Assembly (NCBI GenBank): GCA_900088475.1
Contig: FLMG01001771.1
Coordinates: forward strand, 30,632-94,631
Origin: Hyphochytrium catenoides
Taxonomy: Eukaryota; Protista; Hyphochytriomycota
Direction of reading: 5' to 3'
Length of the DNA stretch: 64,000 nt
Translations under genes and position numbers: made by a program
The notes under the pieces: generated by a model
The model's input: only the letters and a program-made list of their open reading frames with translations
The model's database searches: none
Told to the model about the DNA's origin: nothing
In this document: positions 1-13,200 of the stretch, one piece after another
Position numbering within the stretch: position 1 is the first letter of the stretch
Layout of the letters: each line of letters begins with the position of its first letter

Positions 1-3000
1 TATCTCCTGATACTTTTTCCTGGTCGGGGGGGCTGATGGGTTCTCTGTGAACGTAGAGGAACTTATTGTGTTAGAGTCGCTGATGCTAGCAGTCGATAAA
101 CACTAAACAGAAAGGGAGAGCTTTCACGGGACGGCATAGTTGGCACATCTCTAGGAAGGTACTTTAACTTCTAAATATAAAGAAACTTCCAGAGAGCTGA
201 AGGGTTAACAGTCACAGAGCTCTAAGAGTAGTCAAGGAACAATCACATAGACCTGGCTTATCGAAGAAAGGGGCTTGATTGTCAGTAAGTCCAAAGAGAA
301 GGATACAATATTGATCAATCAGCCAAGAAGCGACGCAGGAAGTGGCTTACCTCTTTCCGTTATGAAGACTACAAGACGAGTATTATGCACCTTAGGAGCG
401 GTCGGTTGATAGGTGACACGCACTGCTGCTCTCCCACCCACCTCCAACAGCCCGGAAAGAGGTGAGAGGAGGAAGGGAGAAGGAGAGGCGCTCTTTCTAC
501 CAGTAAAGAAGAAAACGTCAGTGACTAGGATACATAGATAAGCGACTCCATATCCCAGACCAAAGAGCGGCTAGAGACGCTACAACCTTCAATGGAAAAA
601 TTTGCGGAGTACTACATCTCTTTTCTCAACTGTGTGTCTCGCCCACTTACCCTCCTTTCCATTCTACCCCCGCTAGCTCCATCTCCCAAGAGAGCGGTCC
701 TTGATCCTCATTGGTTAGTATCAGCTCTTGAGTCTTCGTCGCCTTTCTTCCGGCTTCCTTTGAAAGTACGACTTCCCCAAAGTCCACAGAGGGCTTGGAA
801 ATAACGAGACGAGGACGCACTACATGGCCCCTAACGGGGGTCCGCAAGTGCGGGAGAGAGGTAGAGACTAGAGAGAGAGTGAGAGGAAGCGAGTAGGTGA
901 AACTGCCAATCCCCGTTGGCCGTATGGAGAGGTAAAAGGAAAGCTCTGAGTGTGGCTGAATCTCAATGCTCCAGACTCTTCCTTCTTCCAGAAGGGAGTT
1001 TGGCTCCAGCTCCGCCTTTCCTTGCCCATAATCCTCCCTGTCCTCCACTGCAATTCTTGTGAGAGAGGGCATCATCCTCAGAGGCTCCATCGAATTGGAC
1101 GCAGTGGCGAACTCTCCCATTGCACCTTCAACAATGGACGCAGATTCATCCATGGGTAGTAGAGGCAGTACTGAAAATTCCGACAGACTTCTTAAATCAA
1201 GCAGTAGAGAAGCCATAACGTCACCTTTGTTCCCTATCGTGACCTGATGGAGTATCAGATAATGAGATGCCTGGGCTGAAGAAAGTAGTGATAGGTGGGC
1301 GGGAGAGCAGCAGTGCGGGAAGGTAGTGATAGAAACTGAACAAGGGGAAAATAAGACAACTATGGGTGACAGCGTTACAGGGAAACCGAAGTAGGAGAGC
1401 GCGTTTTTCTTACCAATTGCCTATCCTCGTTCCCCACCGCGATTTCCCCAAAGTCTACGGCGGACTGCTTCACCTCAACTTCCGGGACCATAGACGCCCC
1501 CAGCACAGGCACTTTAAGAGGTCTACCTCCCCGCGGGATCACCAAGATTGCTGCACCGTCCAAAAGCAGGGGAAGAGATAGAGTGGCAGAGACCACTAAA
1601 TCCGCTGTCTCTCCCGCACCGATTGATATGATTGAGGAAGAGAGTTTGATTCCTGTCCGCGAGGCTGGGGGACTCTCCAGGAATAGAACAGTTCGGGAGT
1701 TGCCCATATTCTTCAAGGTGAGAGTCTTGCACTGTGAGCTTCCCACCGCAAAGAGTCCAAAATCTACTTTGGGTGAACCGCTTGCACTGCAAGAGAGGTC
1801 GATCGAATGAGTGAGATAGAAGGCGCTTAGTCTCAAACAGTCACACAACATTGCAGGTAGAGCTCGGATGGAGTTCGAGAGATGGCAAGAGAGGCAAAGA
1901 AGAAGCACCGATTTCAGAGCTTCGCAAGGTGCAAAAAGGAAGAGAGGTAAGCTTGAAGAGAAATAGGGTTGATAGAGGGCACCTTCCGCTTGTGGCTCCT
2001 TTCTCCTTCACAATGACCTTTGGTTCCTCGCATACGCCGACGCAGAGAAGCTTCTCGTCTTTTCCACCAGCCACCTTCAAGGTGCACTCTACCTCTTTCT
2101 TGGCCCCTGGGGCAGGGACAAACTTGACCTCAACTAGCTTGATCCCTCCCCCGGCGGGGACGGAGCCGGATGGAGGAGAAAACTTGAACACTTCCTCCTT
2201 CCCAACTTCCCAACGGAAGTCACAAGGTGCATTCCCGGAGTTTGTTAGGGTCACAGTATTCGATATCTGTGCGCGACAACCAAAAAATAACGTGAGAAGG
2301 GGATAGACTCAATTTACCTTCCGACTTCGTGTCCCAGCACCTCTTCCTATCGTTCCATGATGCTCTCGATCCACCTCCTATTCTTGGGTGTGGTTCTCGT
2401 TCACCTCGTACTCTAATCTCTCCGCTCCTACCAGTCCATCTATTCCGTTTGACTGTAAAATTATACTGGCATCTCATGCTCCTCTGTCCCCTCCATTGAG
2501 TTGCCTAAAGTTGCCTTACCCATGGCTCCACACAATCATCAGAAAATTGGAAAGTGAGCTGTGTGGTCGACAGTTGGAGAGAGACTGGAACCACCTCCGC
2601 CCTGACTTGAACTTTCGTGTTGTGCACTCCGTTAACCACACATGTGAAGGACCGACTGAGGTCCTATGATTGAAATAGTTAGCTAAACAGTGAGCAAGAT
2701 ATTGGAAAAGCAAGCAAGACTAGGGGCAACACACATATCCTAAGAGATAAGGAGACCTATAGACTCCCTATGGTAACCACGCATCGCCAAAGAGGGGAAA
2801 CTAAGAGTCAAGGTGCTTGCTTGTTCAACGTTAGCATGTAAGGAAGTGAATGGAGTTCTAGCTTAGCGAGACAAGGGCCATAACATTTCAAAACACTATC
2901 AAGGCGAGAGACAGAGAAGACCGATCATAGAGTGAAAGAAGGTAGGAGCAGTGGTTTACCTGTTCCACCCTTGCCATCAGAGTGATATCAAAGCCAGCAG

Positions 3001-6000
3001 TGGCACCTGGGGGAACGACCTGGCTCTGAGGAGATGACTGGACAAGCTCGTCCGCGGTGATTAGAAGCTCAACGAGCACACTCTCGGACCTTCCGTTGAT
3101 GACAAAGAACGAACGCTTATTGAGGCTGTTCACCGAAACTCGACCAAAAGAGAGCGCTTTCGGACCTATTGGTTCAACAGCAGACGTAGACAGAGGCTAA
3201 GAAAAGGCTGTTGGGAAGGAGTTTGCATCTCCTCAAAGCTAAAGCGTAGTCCAATCGAACCATCCACTTTATCAGATTTTTTGTACGTTATTCTCTCTTG
3301 TACTTTGGTCTTTCCCTCACCTAATTGCACGAGGGTTAACTCCTCAGGAGGTATCGTGACCGCACATTCCTTTATTTCAGCGGGGCTGACAGGCTTTGGC
3401 TTGAACTTCTTCTTTATAAGCTTCGTATCGTCCAGTTGCGAAATACTTGCGTGAAATTGGGAGGATCCCTGTTCAGAGCTGCAGAGAGTATCAGCAACAA
3501 GCAAGAAGAGATACTGATCAATGACGATATTCGGCCTAGGAAAGAGGAGAGATTAGGCGTCTCGACCGCTGCCTATTATGCTAGTATCCTTCGCCTATTC
3601 TTTTAGACGCTCGGTTCCCTCACTCTTCCTCTTCTTCTCACCTGTAGCCTGCCACGGGTTTCTCAAGCCAGAGTCCTTCGGTCGCCTTAGGCAGTCGGAG
3701 TTGGGCCGGTGCCATGGCACTCTGAGGCATAAGCCCCAGGCTTAAAGAATCCTGACAAGGCGAAAGAAGAAAGGGCCTGAAGTAAGAAACAGAATTGGTT
3801 GAAGTGCATGACGTATATGGAGCAGGGTAAGACCTGGAGAAGGCCTGTCATCGTGAATTAGAGAGCAGGAGAAGAGGGCAAAATGGTAGAGAGAACTAAA
3901 ATAGAACAGGTGCCTGGCGGCCGATGTCCCTTACCAGAGGGTCAGTGGACCTTTTGGCTATGCGCGCAGCCCTGCTCTCTTCTTCCTTCTTTAGGCCTTC
4001 TTCCCGCCTTTCTCTTTCTTCTTTTAGATACTCTGTATACTTCTCCTTGTTCTCCTGTCTCTCCAGCTGGTGCGGAACACTGTAGGTGAGCTGTGAGTCC
4101 GCCTGCGGAGGAAATTCGACCTTTTCCCAGGCAGGTATCCGACGAAAGGTGCTTCCAGGTTCGGAGATGCTGACTGTCGACGTGGATAAGACAACACGCC
4201 CATAGTTAGTGAAGATGTACTCGAAAGAAAGAGATACGGCAAGTAGTTATCGATACAGCGATAGAGCAGCACCAACGTACTCTCTTTCGTCACAAACTTC
4301 AGCTTCGGCTCAAAATCCTCCGGCAGCGCCTCCGTACCCCCCGGGTATTGTCTCGTAGGGCCCACAGACGTACAAGAACCCTGTAGACGTAGTGCCAAAG
4401 TCTGGACACCCTTGTTGATTGCCACTTGAAGAGTGCTCTATTGCGTGGAACGGGTAATCGGTGGGAAATGTGGGTCAATGCTGAGAAAGAGAGAGGCCAT
4501 AGAAGGAAGCGAAGAGGAGGGATGGAAGGGGGTGGGAGGGCAAGGAGTAATGGCACCTTAAAGTTACCCAATTGATTAGGGAGGAAGCTTACGACTGCCT
4601 TTTGCGTCTGCAGGGGCTGCAGAACACCCTTGGTAGGATTGACCGAGAAGTGAGGAAGCTGCAAAAAAGAGAGAAAGCAGGACTAATCAGCAGTTTCCTA
4701 TTTCATACTCTGACCACAGCGGCTACCCCTCCCAATTGAGTATTCCTTACCCTCCACATTGGGCTGCCACCTAGCTCTAAGTTTGTGCTATGCTAGCTGG
4801 TGCTAGTGGCGCATTGTCTGATCACCCCTCGAAGACCTGCCACTCTCAGCTATAAGAACCTCTCTCGCTGGCTCTATTTCTAATAGTGTCAAACCTTGTT
4901 AATTGAAAAGTCCACCGGGAGCTCTCCGCTGTTTTTGATGGCCACAAGAACATCTCTGCGATCCCCTGACGGACATTCTCCAAAATTGATGTCTGGCTGG
5001 TCTAGAGAGACTTGTAGCGGCGTGGCCTATGAAGAGTAGGTGGCATAAAGGAAAGGAAGAGGATATTAGGAGAGATGTGACGCATAGTTATAATGAGCGT
5101 CGAAAGAAAGGAAGTGGATATTAGAAGTGGCCATAGGACTGAGCTGTCGCGCAGTGGAGAACGGGCCAAAACGAAAAAGATACTAGCTGTGAGATGACAT
5201 TAGCCATGGCTATAGGCGACAGTGAGAGGCCCATCATTCCCATGAGACTTGACGAAAACGAACAACCAAGATGAGACAGGAATGATGTGCAAAGAGACCC
5301 CATACATAGGTCTAATCATCTCGTCCCTCGCACCTTTCCCGACATTTTGACAGAAATTTCTGTCTTCAGCTCCGGACTCGTGATGACGGCGAGCTCCTCT
5401 AAAGCCTTTGACTCTAAAGTACTCGAAAGCTGCGATTTGAAGCCCTTTCCTGGTTGTGGAACTTGCGGAGAGAAGCTGAAGGAAAGCGGGACGCGAGAGT
5501 AGGGAGCCATGACTCCCTCCCAGGGTATGACTGACATTGCCTTCAATCCATTGCTGACAAAGACAATGGAAGAAGTACGAAAGTCAGGAGATCGACAAAG
5601 ATCACGTGAGCTGGGACAGCAGGCAAGCGGCGTGGATGGCCCGTAGAGACAACCTCACGGACGGCTATGGCACTGTAGATCGTGATAAAATACAGTGACG
5701 AGCTTACCTGCCCCCTGAGACGCTCTTGGACGAAGTGTCCTCTTCTGATGCTGATTCTCCTACAGCTACTTGAAATGTGATTTTCTTGGGTCCATTATTA
5801 ATCAGATAGGCGGTTACATTGCGTTTCTCTCCGTAATGAAGGATACCAAAGGGAATTTTGTTCAAGGGTGTCCCGGAATCTAAACAGCGCACATCTATGT
5901 TAGGCTGCATGCATCGTATGATCGTGAGAGTGAAGAGAGCGAAATGGAGCAGAGAGGCCTGCGAAATGTGAAGGACAGGGGAGTTTGGAACGAAGGACAG

Positions 6001-7217
6001 TCAAGAACCAGCAGTCACCTGGCAGTTGAAGATCAAGCTTTTGCTCAACAACTGTGGCACTGATGTCTAACACTCTCTCCACACTGCCAGCAATGCGCAC
6101 TGTAGCCAGTGTCCTGAAGTCTCCCGAGCTTTCTGGGCTTAGTTCTACCTTCACAGTAAGCTTGTTGTGGGGAGCGGCCGTAGTTGGAGGAATGACGCCT
6201 AAAGATTGAGGTAAGCTTCTTTGTATCGCATCCAACCTCCTGACCCTCATCCTTCCCTCAGCAGTTCCATCCAGTTTCTCTCTCTTTCTCTCCCTTCCGC
6301 TCTCTGTCTTTCCCTCCATTCCATCTCCACCACTTCTCTTCCTTTTCTCTCTGTCCCTCTCCCTTTGCACCTTCTTGTACGAGTTCCATTTCATGGTCCA
6401 TCTAGGTTCTACACACATGGAACCTCATCTGATGATGGACATTCATCTAACAGCCGTCAATTCCATATCTCTCACAACTCTCGGTTAGGCCGTTCTTTCT
6501 ACTCCCATCACATTGTCATCCACCCCTTACGCAACCTGTGCACTCCCACTGGCCGTGTTGCTCACCTTCTCGAGGTGTGATCTTCAGTGGCAACTTGTCA
6601 TCGTACGCGATTGAGAACTCCGCATCTCTGTGACCCGTGTTGACGAGCTCAATGCACTGCGCTGCCGGATTGTGCATTGTCACTACTCCCAAGTTCACGA
6701 AGCCATTGAAGGTAATGTTGCCGCGAGGAGGTTTGGCTGTGAGTGGAATCTCTACCATGCCAGCCTCACAATGTACCTTCACGCTGTCGTAGATGTCGGA
6801 TGGAGTCTCAGGATTTTGACTGTTAGAGGTCTTGGGTGCAGGGAGAGTGAAGTGCACCTCTGCCTTGGCCGACATTCCTGGCGCGATTCCACCTGAAGGC
6901 TTGTACTCCAGCCGAAAGTACTTGGTGGTGGGTGCCGAGAAGCGGACCCTAAGCAACTTGCTTGAGTGATTCTGGATCTCCAGAATCGTTACATAGAGAA
7001 TGCCGGGCTCACAGCCTTCGAGATCAATCCGTGGAGGGTACACTCTCAGCTTGCCTCGCACTTCTCCGACGGCTGTAGATGTGGACAGTTCGCTTTCGTT
7101 ATTGGTTGAGGCGCCACGTCCTTGGGAGAGCTTTTTAGGGCTTTCATGAAGCTTTCCATCGCTTGAGCGCTTCGGAGCAACAGCTCCATCTCTCACCTCT
7201 CCAGGCATGGTGGGCAT
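1..7217 (-). CDS. CFAP47: CFAP47-like cilia/flagella-associated protein (repeated ASH/Ig-like PapD-type domains); multi-exon, 3' part continues beyond window start
   Basis: GT-AG spliced exons give repeated 'xDFGxV...L.L.N.G' ASH-like modules (VDFGEVVL, VDFGLFAVG, VDFGEIAVG, INFGECPSG, IPFGILHYG). The N-terminus LRVYPPRIDLEGCEPGILYVTILEIQN...IAPGMSAKAEVHF resembles the CFAP47 N-terminus as I recall it. Confidence 0.7.
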
Positions 7218-8414
7218 AAAGGTTAGCTTCGTCTCCTACAATCCTTGTCACCTCGTGCTACACCGTCCTCCCAACCTAGTAGCTCCACTATTTCACCTTA
7301 GGGGGAGATCGAGCGACTGACCGGCCATCGTTGACTCTACTGAAGCTTCAAACTGCGCCTCATACGCCGCAGCTCTGACAGTTCAAGATGACTTTGCCCT
7401 TCTGCCTTCTGCCTTACACCTCGGTGCTGCTGCCCTTCCTTGCTGTCCCGCCAATAGGTACGAGTCCTGAAGAACGTTACAAACACAGCAAGCCCTTCCA
7501 CTGCCCCTGGGGGTGCTCTGTGGCAAGTGCATCTCCTCCCTCTCGCCTTCTCTCCTCGTTTATAGTATCCCTGTCTCTTTCGTCTCTCTCCCTAACTCTT
7601 TCTCTCACCTTCCGTGTCTGTTTCAGCCGTGTAACATTTTGGTTTATCGTGGAAACTAAAGGCCTTACCATCTGCTGCGCTGCTTCATCATAATCGAAGT
7701 TGGGCCGCACTCTTCCTTGATTGAACTGTGAGAACGTGCTGCTAACTCGCGCTCGCACCGCTTCATTACGTTCTGTCTCGGAAAAGGGTTGGTCGACTCT
7801 AGGTAGCTCTACAGTCGACGGGCAACGATGTGGAACAAACTGCAGGACTCCCTATCTTCTGTCTCTCGGAGTAGTCTCACGGAGAGGTATGGACGCGGAT
7901 CTCAGCAGCTGCCCCAGCGCCCTAGATCCTCATCTCAGGGGCAAAGCACCTCAAACAAGCTCTTCAGAGTTGGTAGGTTGCTCTCTTTATAGTTCAAATC
8001 TGGGGAGACCTGATGGATTCTGTCCCAGCTCTAGCTGAGAAGGGTCTTGCAGATAATATAGATGCGGATGTAGCGAAACTATCGCAGCCTTTGACGGACA
8101 AGCTCCGGACAAAGAATCAGATAGCAACAACCACCAGATCTCTGCAGGTACCGCTACATTGCTCGTTACAGATTTAGTCCTGAACGTTAATTTGTGGCCT
8201 TTGTGTGCTATTTAGAAAGACGCAGTAGCGGCTCTGCAGGAGATCAACACGAAGTCTGCCCGTCTGTGCAGCGTGCAGGCACGGACAGTGACTGCCACGC
8301 TTTTTAAGGCTGGCCTCGACCCCTATTCCAGGGATGTGTCCAGGGGGAGGAACGAATAGTAGAGTAGCTCTGGGAAAGCGTATCTATTTATCTGTGTAGC
8401 AGACCTTCTGAACT

Positions 8415-9470
8415 TTAGTGGTAAACACTCTCAGAGTGGGTCTGCTGGTTGGATAGGCTGAGTACCAACCTACAAAGAATGGTCTCCAGCTCTTCAACAT
8501 CTATACTGACTACGGTGTGCTGTTTGAGGTTATTCTGTCTAAGATCGTCAATTTTCTCGGCACAGTCTTCAGTTGAAGCAGGCGATGTAACAGCAGCGTC
8601 ACTTCGAAAGCCCTTGTAATAATCGAGAGCCCTTATCTCACCATGACTCGGTTCGCTATCTATAAGAATAGGTTGTTTAGTGTCCACACCAGGCTTTAGA
8701 GCTGCGAGCGCAGTGACCACTGGCGGTGTGAGCACTTCATAAGAGAGAAGGTCGACGCATGCTCTGAGGATCCAGAAGGCGTCTGACCGTTTGTCAAAGA
8801 TATTCGAGACCGACCGTGCGACTGTTTTAAGCAGCCCAGGATCACTGGCTGCCCCTTTCCTCTTTGCATTGACATTGATCTCCTGATACACGGTATAGAG
8901 TCTGTCCAACGGAAGAGAGCGCTGGTCCCATGGCAGGCCGTCAATTTCTGGGACGACGGGCCCTAGCTCTTCCACGGAGGTCGTACTCCATCTTAAATCT
9001 CCGCCAATACCGAACAGCAACGTGTCTTGGACGTCTGTGTCGTTTAAAATGTCTGTCGCTGGCACTAGGTCGTTGACCAGAGGGTAGCTGCTTCGTCCAT
9101 GTGTAAAGGCCACCCTAATGTCTTCGCTGTTGGACACTTCCTGAGTTCTATCTGTAAGGTCGAGAAGCAGACAGACTCTCTCCACGAGCTCAAAACTCTC
9201 GTCCAATCGTCTCTGCGTAGCTTCCCATTTATCCCGCTGGGAAGGCAAGAGATTCAGGATGAGCTTCCAGACTATAGGCCGATAGCTTGAGGGGACACCG
9301 AACTGCAGCGCAAGCTTTATAAGATACGAAATATTCACTACATCCTCCTCAAGCAACTGAGAAAAGGAAGCTTGAATGTCGTGGGCCGATCCAACCTTAA
9401 CACCGAGAGTCTCATAGTAGGCCTTTCGGAAGTTCCGAGGAGGTTGAGGAAGCTGCGGCCTCATCTCCAA
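8415..9470 (-). CDS. TBC1D7: TBC1D7-like protein (TSC complex subunit), single long ORF, divergent C-terminal half
   Basis: N-terminal RNFRKAYYETLGVK...LIKLALQFGVPSSYRPIVWKLILNLLP matches the TBC1D7 signature (RNFRSVYYEKVGF...R..VWKVLLGILP). A later 'SDAFWI' also fits. The 3' end is uncertain. Confidence 0.65.
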   Translation of the reverse strand: MEMRPQLPQPPRNFRKAYYETLGVKVGSAHDIQASFSQLLEEDVVNISYLIKLALQFGVPSSYRPIVWKLILNLLPSQRDKWEATQRRLDESFELVERVCLLLDLTDRTQEVSNSEDIRVAFTHGRSSYPLVNDLVPATDILNDTDVQDTLLFGIGGDLRWSTTSVEELGPVVPEIDGLPWDQRSLPLDRLYTVYQEINVNAKRKGAASDPGLLKTVARSVSNIFDKRSDAFWILRACVDLLSYEVLTPPVVTALAALKPGVDTKQPILIDSEPSHGEIRALDYYKGFRSDAAVTSPASTEDCAEKIDDLRQNNLKQHTVVSIDVEELETILCRLVLSLSNQQTHSESVYH

Positions 9471-10252
9471 CAGAGTGGCCCTACTTGGGGCCCAGTGAGC
9501 CTGACCGAGTCCCAGACAACAGATGGCACGAACACGACATCGATCCGTAGCTGCGGACGTCTACTCCTCACCTCTCATCTTCTCCAACCCGGGCATTCCT
9601 TCTTTCGAAATCACAATTCCTTTTCTGCAACTAGCTGTGTAGGGTTAGGATACAGATGTACGCAGCGCGTCGACATAAAAGTAGCTACACATCTCCAAGA
9701 AGCCCCTACATGAGCAACATGCGATCTGTCGCCTGAGAGCCAGCGACAATCATGTTGGGCCGTAGCCTTCTTGCTGCACTTGCGTGCGAAGCTCCGCTGC
9801 GGATGGAGTTCTCAATGACATTTCTGCAGCTTTTTGACAGATCATCAAGTGGGTGAGCGACCCCTTATCGATTAATCTATGAAAACTGCCATCGATAATC
9901 TATATCAGAGATAACGTAGATCACTTGATGTGATTTTTATAGAACATCAGTGATTCTTCGCGTTACAACTTCCATCATCAGAGTGAAAGGAAACTTCGTC
10001 GCCTCGATCAACGCAGCCACCGCTCCTTTCAACACCTTTGAGAGAAAATTACCAAGAACAGCCCGTCAGCCGTCACCCCCGATAGATTCCTCCCGCTCGC
10101 TCCGAGCAGCATAAGCTCCTTGAGAAGATTCAAGCCCGGGAGCAACAACATCCAGGCGCAAAGTCTGGTGCAGCCTTATTACATCCGCTCTTTCGCGTTC
10201 TTCTGCCGTTGATCGGCCAGGTTAGACTGGAGGGGCAATTCAAAAGACCAGC

Positions 10253-13200
10253 ATGAACCCTTTGCAGCCTGGGCACCCTCATGCCCCCACAGTGCCCAAC
10301 ATACCTGCCGTTGCAGTGGGACCCCTCCCTCGCGGTATCATGTCCACCATGCCTGGCGCCTTTCCGCGACCACCGGCCATGCGTGGCAGAGAATATGAGA
10401 GTATTTTGCAGCAACTCGCCCATGCCAACACAAACCTCAGCAAGAGTATGACACTATGCAACAACTTACGCACGGAGAATGATCATATGAAGAGAAGTTG
10501 TGAGAAGGCAAGGTTGCACTGATTTACGTCGTCGCAGGGCTGGTCCTAATGCGCTAGAACAGGCAAAAGCTGAGTTAGCAAGATGTAAAGAGAAGAACTC
10601 GAGACTGAAGCAGCAGTTGCACGAAGAAGTTGAAATGAGGGTAACACTGAGCTGCCGCGCAGCACTGTTCTGTCTGATTTTTTCTTCTACAGGAAGCTAC
10701 TTCTATGATATTTTGCGTACTTCCTGGTAGGCTGTTCTGCTCTTCGTTTTGCACTGCCATTTTCTCAATTCGCTTTCCCAGATCCAGCAGGAAGAGCAGC
10801 ATGAAGTGATCATCAAGCGCTGGAATGAGAGACTGATGGAAAAGGCAAAGGACTTTGAGGTAACCTCTGTGGCGGAGCCTCCACATAAACTCTTTCCGAC
10901 TTCGGCATAAGACTCCGCGTCTCTTCGCAACTTTCGTTTTCTCGCTTTCCCAGAAGAAACCCTAGAGCTCTTCTTTTCTACAATGCATGGCTGAGTGTAC
11001 CGTACTCTCCTCCTTTTTACTTAGCTATTAAGGGATCAGTTAGAAAGCAGTAAAGAGCGAGAACGAGACGCTGGACGGGAAAAGAGTCCGAAAGAGAAGG
11101 AGTATGAGGATAAAATCAAAGAACTCCTTGGAGAGGTAAGCAGAACATCNNNNNNNNNNNNNNNNNNNNNNAACCTTCACACTAAAGCGAGAAGCGGAAG
11201 TGGCCAAGACAGAACTCAGGCAGTCGGTTGTCCATCTGGTAAAAGCAGAGATAAAAGAAAGAGAGGAGAATACGTCAAGGGATAGAAAGCAGTGGGAGCT
11301 ACGAGAGGAGAAGTATTGGTGCCAGCCCGCAAGTGCTGCATTTTCCCACCAGCTTTCTCATTATCCTGCTCTGCCTCACAATCTTTGTCCCTCTCTTCGC
11401 TTCTCCCTTTCTTTTTACTTCTCGTATTCATTATCAGTCTAATCACATTCTTGCTCCTGTTTATCACCTAAAGGAGTCACAGATTGAGGCCCTGAGAGCA
11501 CGCCACAAATCAGAAGTTACTGGATTGAAAAAGACAATCCTCTCTACTGAGAGAGGCGCCATAACCACATTGCATGACTCCTCCTTGCGTGCCTTGAGAA
11601 GAGAAAAGGAGACTTTGGAGCAAGAGGGACATATTCTCCGACAAGAAGTTGAGGTGCAGTAGGCTTTCGTGCTGAAGATGCTTCTCCTTGGGTCAAACAC
11701 TAGGATTGCTGACTTTATCGTTTATATCACCAAAGCCCTGTAGACTAAACCTTGTGGATTGGTCCATCTGGTGTGGGCCGACCTGCTCCTATTGCTCCGC
11801 TGCTTCTGCTTGTACTAGTTTTCGCTCGTAGTTTGGCTGTTCCGTGTTTCCATCCTCTTGGCGGCTGTTCAGTGTTCCCACCCTCTTGGCCCCTATAGGC
11901 ATTACATAAGGAGCTGCAGTCAGTACGTGCAAAAGAGGAAGAAAGACAAAGCTCGGTTGTACAAAAGCCACTGCTTGAATTGGAGGCTCTCAATGCCAAG
12001 CTTCTAGCAGACATTAAAGGACTGGAAAGGCACCACCGGACCTGTGAGTTACCGAATGCGATCGTAGTGCTAAGGACTCCTCCTCGTCATCCCAGTCCTA
12101 GTAGACTCATCTAAACAGCTCCACTAGCATTTTCGTGTCGCCTACCCTTACCGCCCACGTCGTCATATAGGCCCTTCTTTTTAGGGCGTTCAACTTCCTC
12201 CTTTAGCCTCTCATGTTTGAACCTTTGCCCCGTACCGCTTCTGCAGTGACCTCTGAAGCCGCCGCCCTTCGTGCGGATCGAGCCAATAGTGCACGACAAG
12301 CATCCGAGCTCTCAGAGGAATGTGAGCGTTTGAGAAAGCTGCTTCAGTTAAAAGACCAGGCCCTTATGGATACCAAAGGGACTTCACACAGCAGGTACCA
12401 CTGTCGGATTGAACTGTTACCACTTACCTTTGACTTCTCTGGTTCTTTTCCTGCTTGTGCTCTCCCCATTTGTTGATTAACAGCACCCAGCTAAATCATT
12501 GTATACCACTTTTAGGCTNNNNNNNNNNNNNNNNNNNNNNNNNNNNNNNNNNNNNNNNNNNNNNNNNNNNNNNNNNNNNNNNNNNNNNNNNNNNNNNNNN
12601 NNNNNNNNNNNNNNNGTTTAGGCTATTTGACGGCCTACAAGATAGCCCTTTCCGTTAAATGCTCGATCCCGTCTTCATCTACCTATCATGAGGGTTTCTG
12701 TTGGTACTCTATTGTCCTCTATTAATCTAACTCTGCTTCCTAGAGTAAAATCGCGTACTTCACGTCGCGTGTTGGAGAGCTCGAAAGGGCTCTGCAGACG
12801 CAGCATGAAGCTGCTTCAGAGAGGCTCAGGGAGGAGCAAGAAGGGATACGGTCAGGGGATGAGAAGCATGAAGCAGCGCGCAGAGCACTCGAAGGAGAGA
12901 ACGCGGAGCTACAACGGGAGGTAAGCCAGAAAGAGGGCTTGATAGAGAGATAGGCCAAGGAATAGCAGTGGTCACTGCCTTCAAAAGCCTGCCGCAGAAC
13001 TTTGTGCGTTAAGAAAGAGGCTAGGAAGCTAAGTGGTCAACAAGACAAGTAAACCCTCTCTAGTGAGACGCCGGTTTCAGGACATACAGGCCAAGTGGAA
13101 AGACTTTGCCTTGTGACACCCGGTTTTTCGTCAATATCCTTCCTGCGTAGATCTCCTCACTGCGGAAGACCATTCAGCAGAAAATGACCTCTCACGAGGC

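Noticed and set aside
1770-2000. Non-canonical GA-AG intron in the CFAP47-like gene
   Set aside because: A canonical GT-AG pair (GGAAG|gtgccc ... ttgcag|T) gives an in-frame join.
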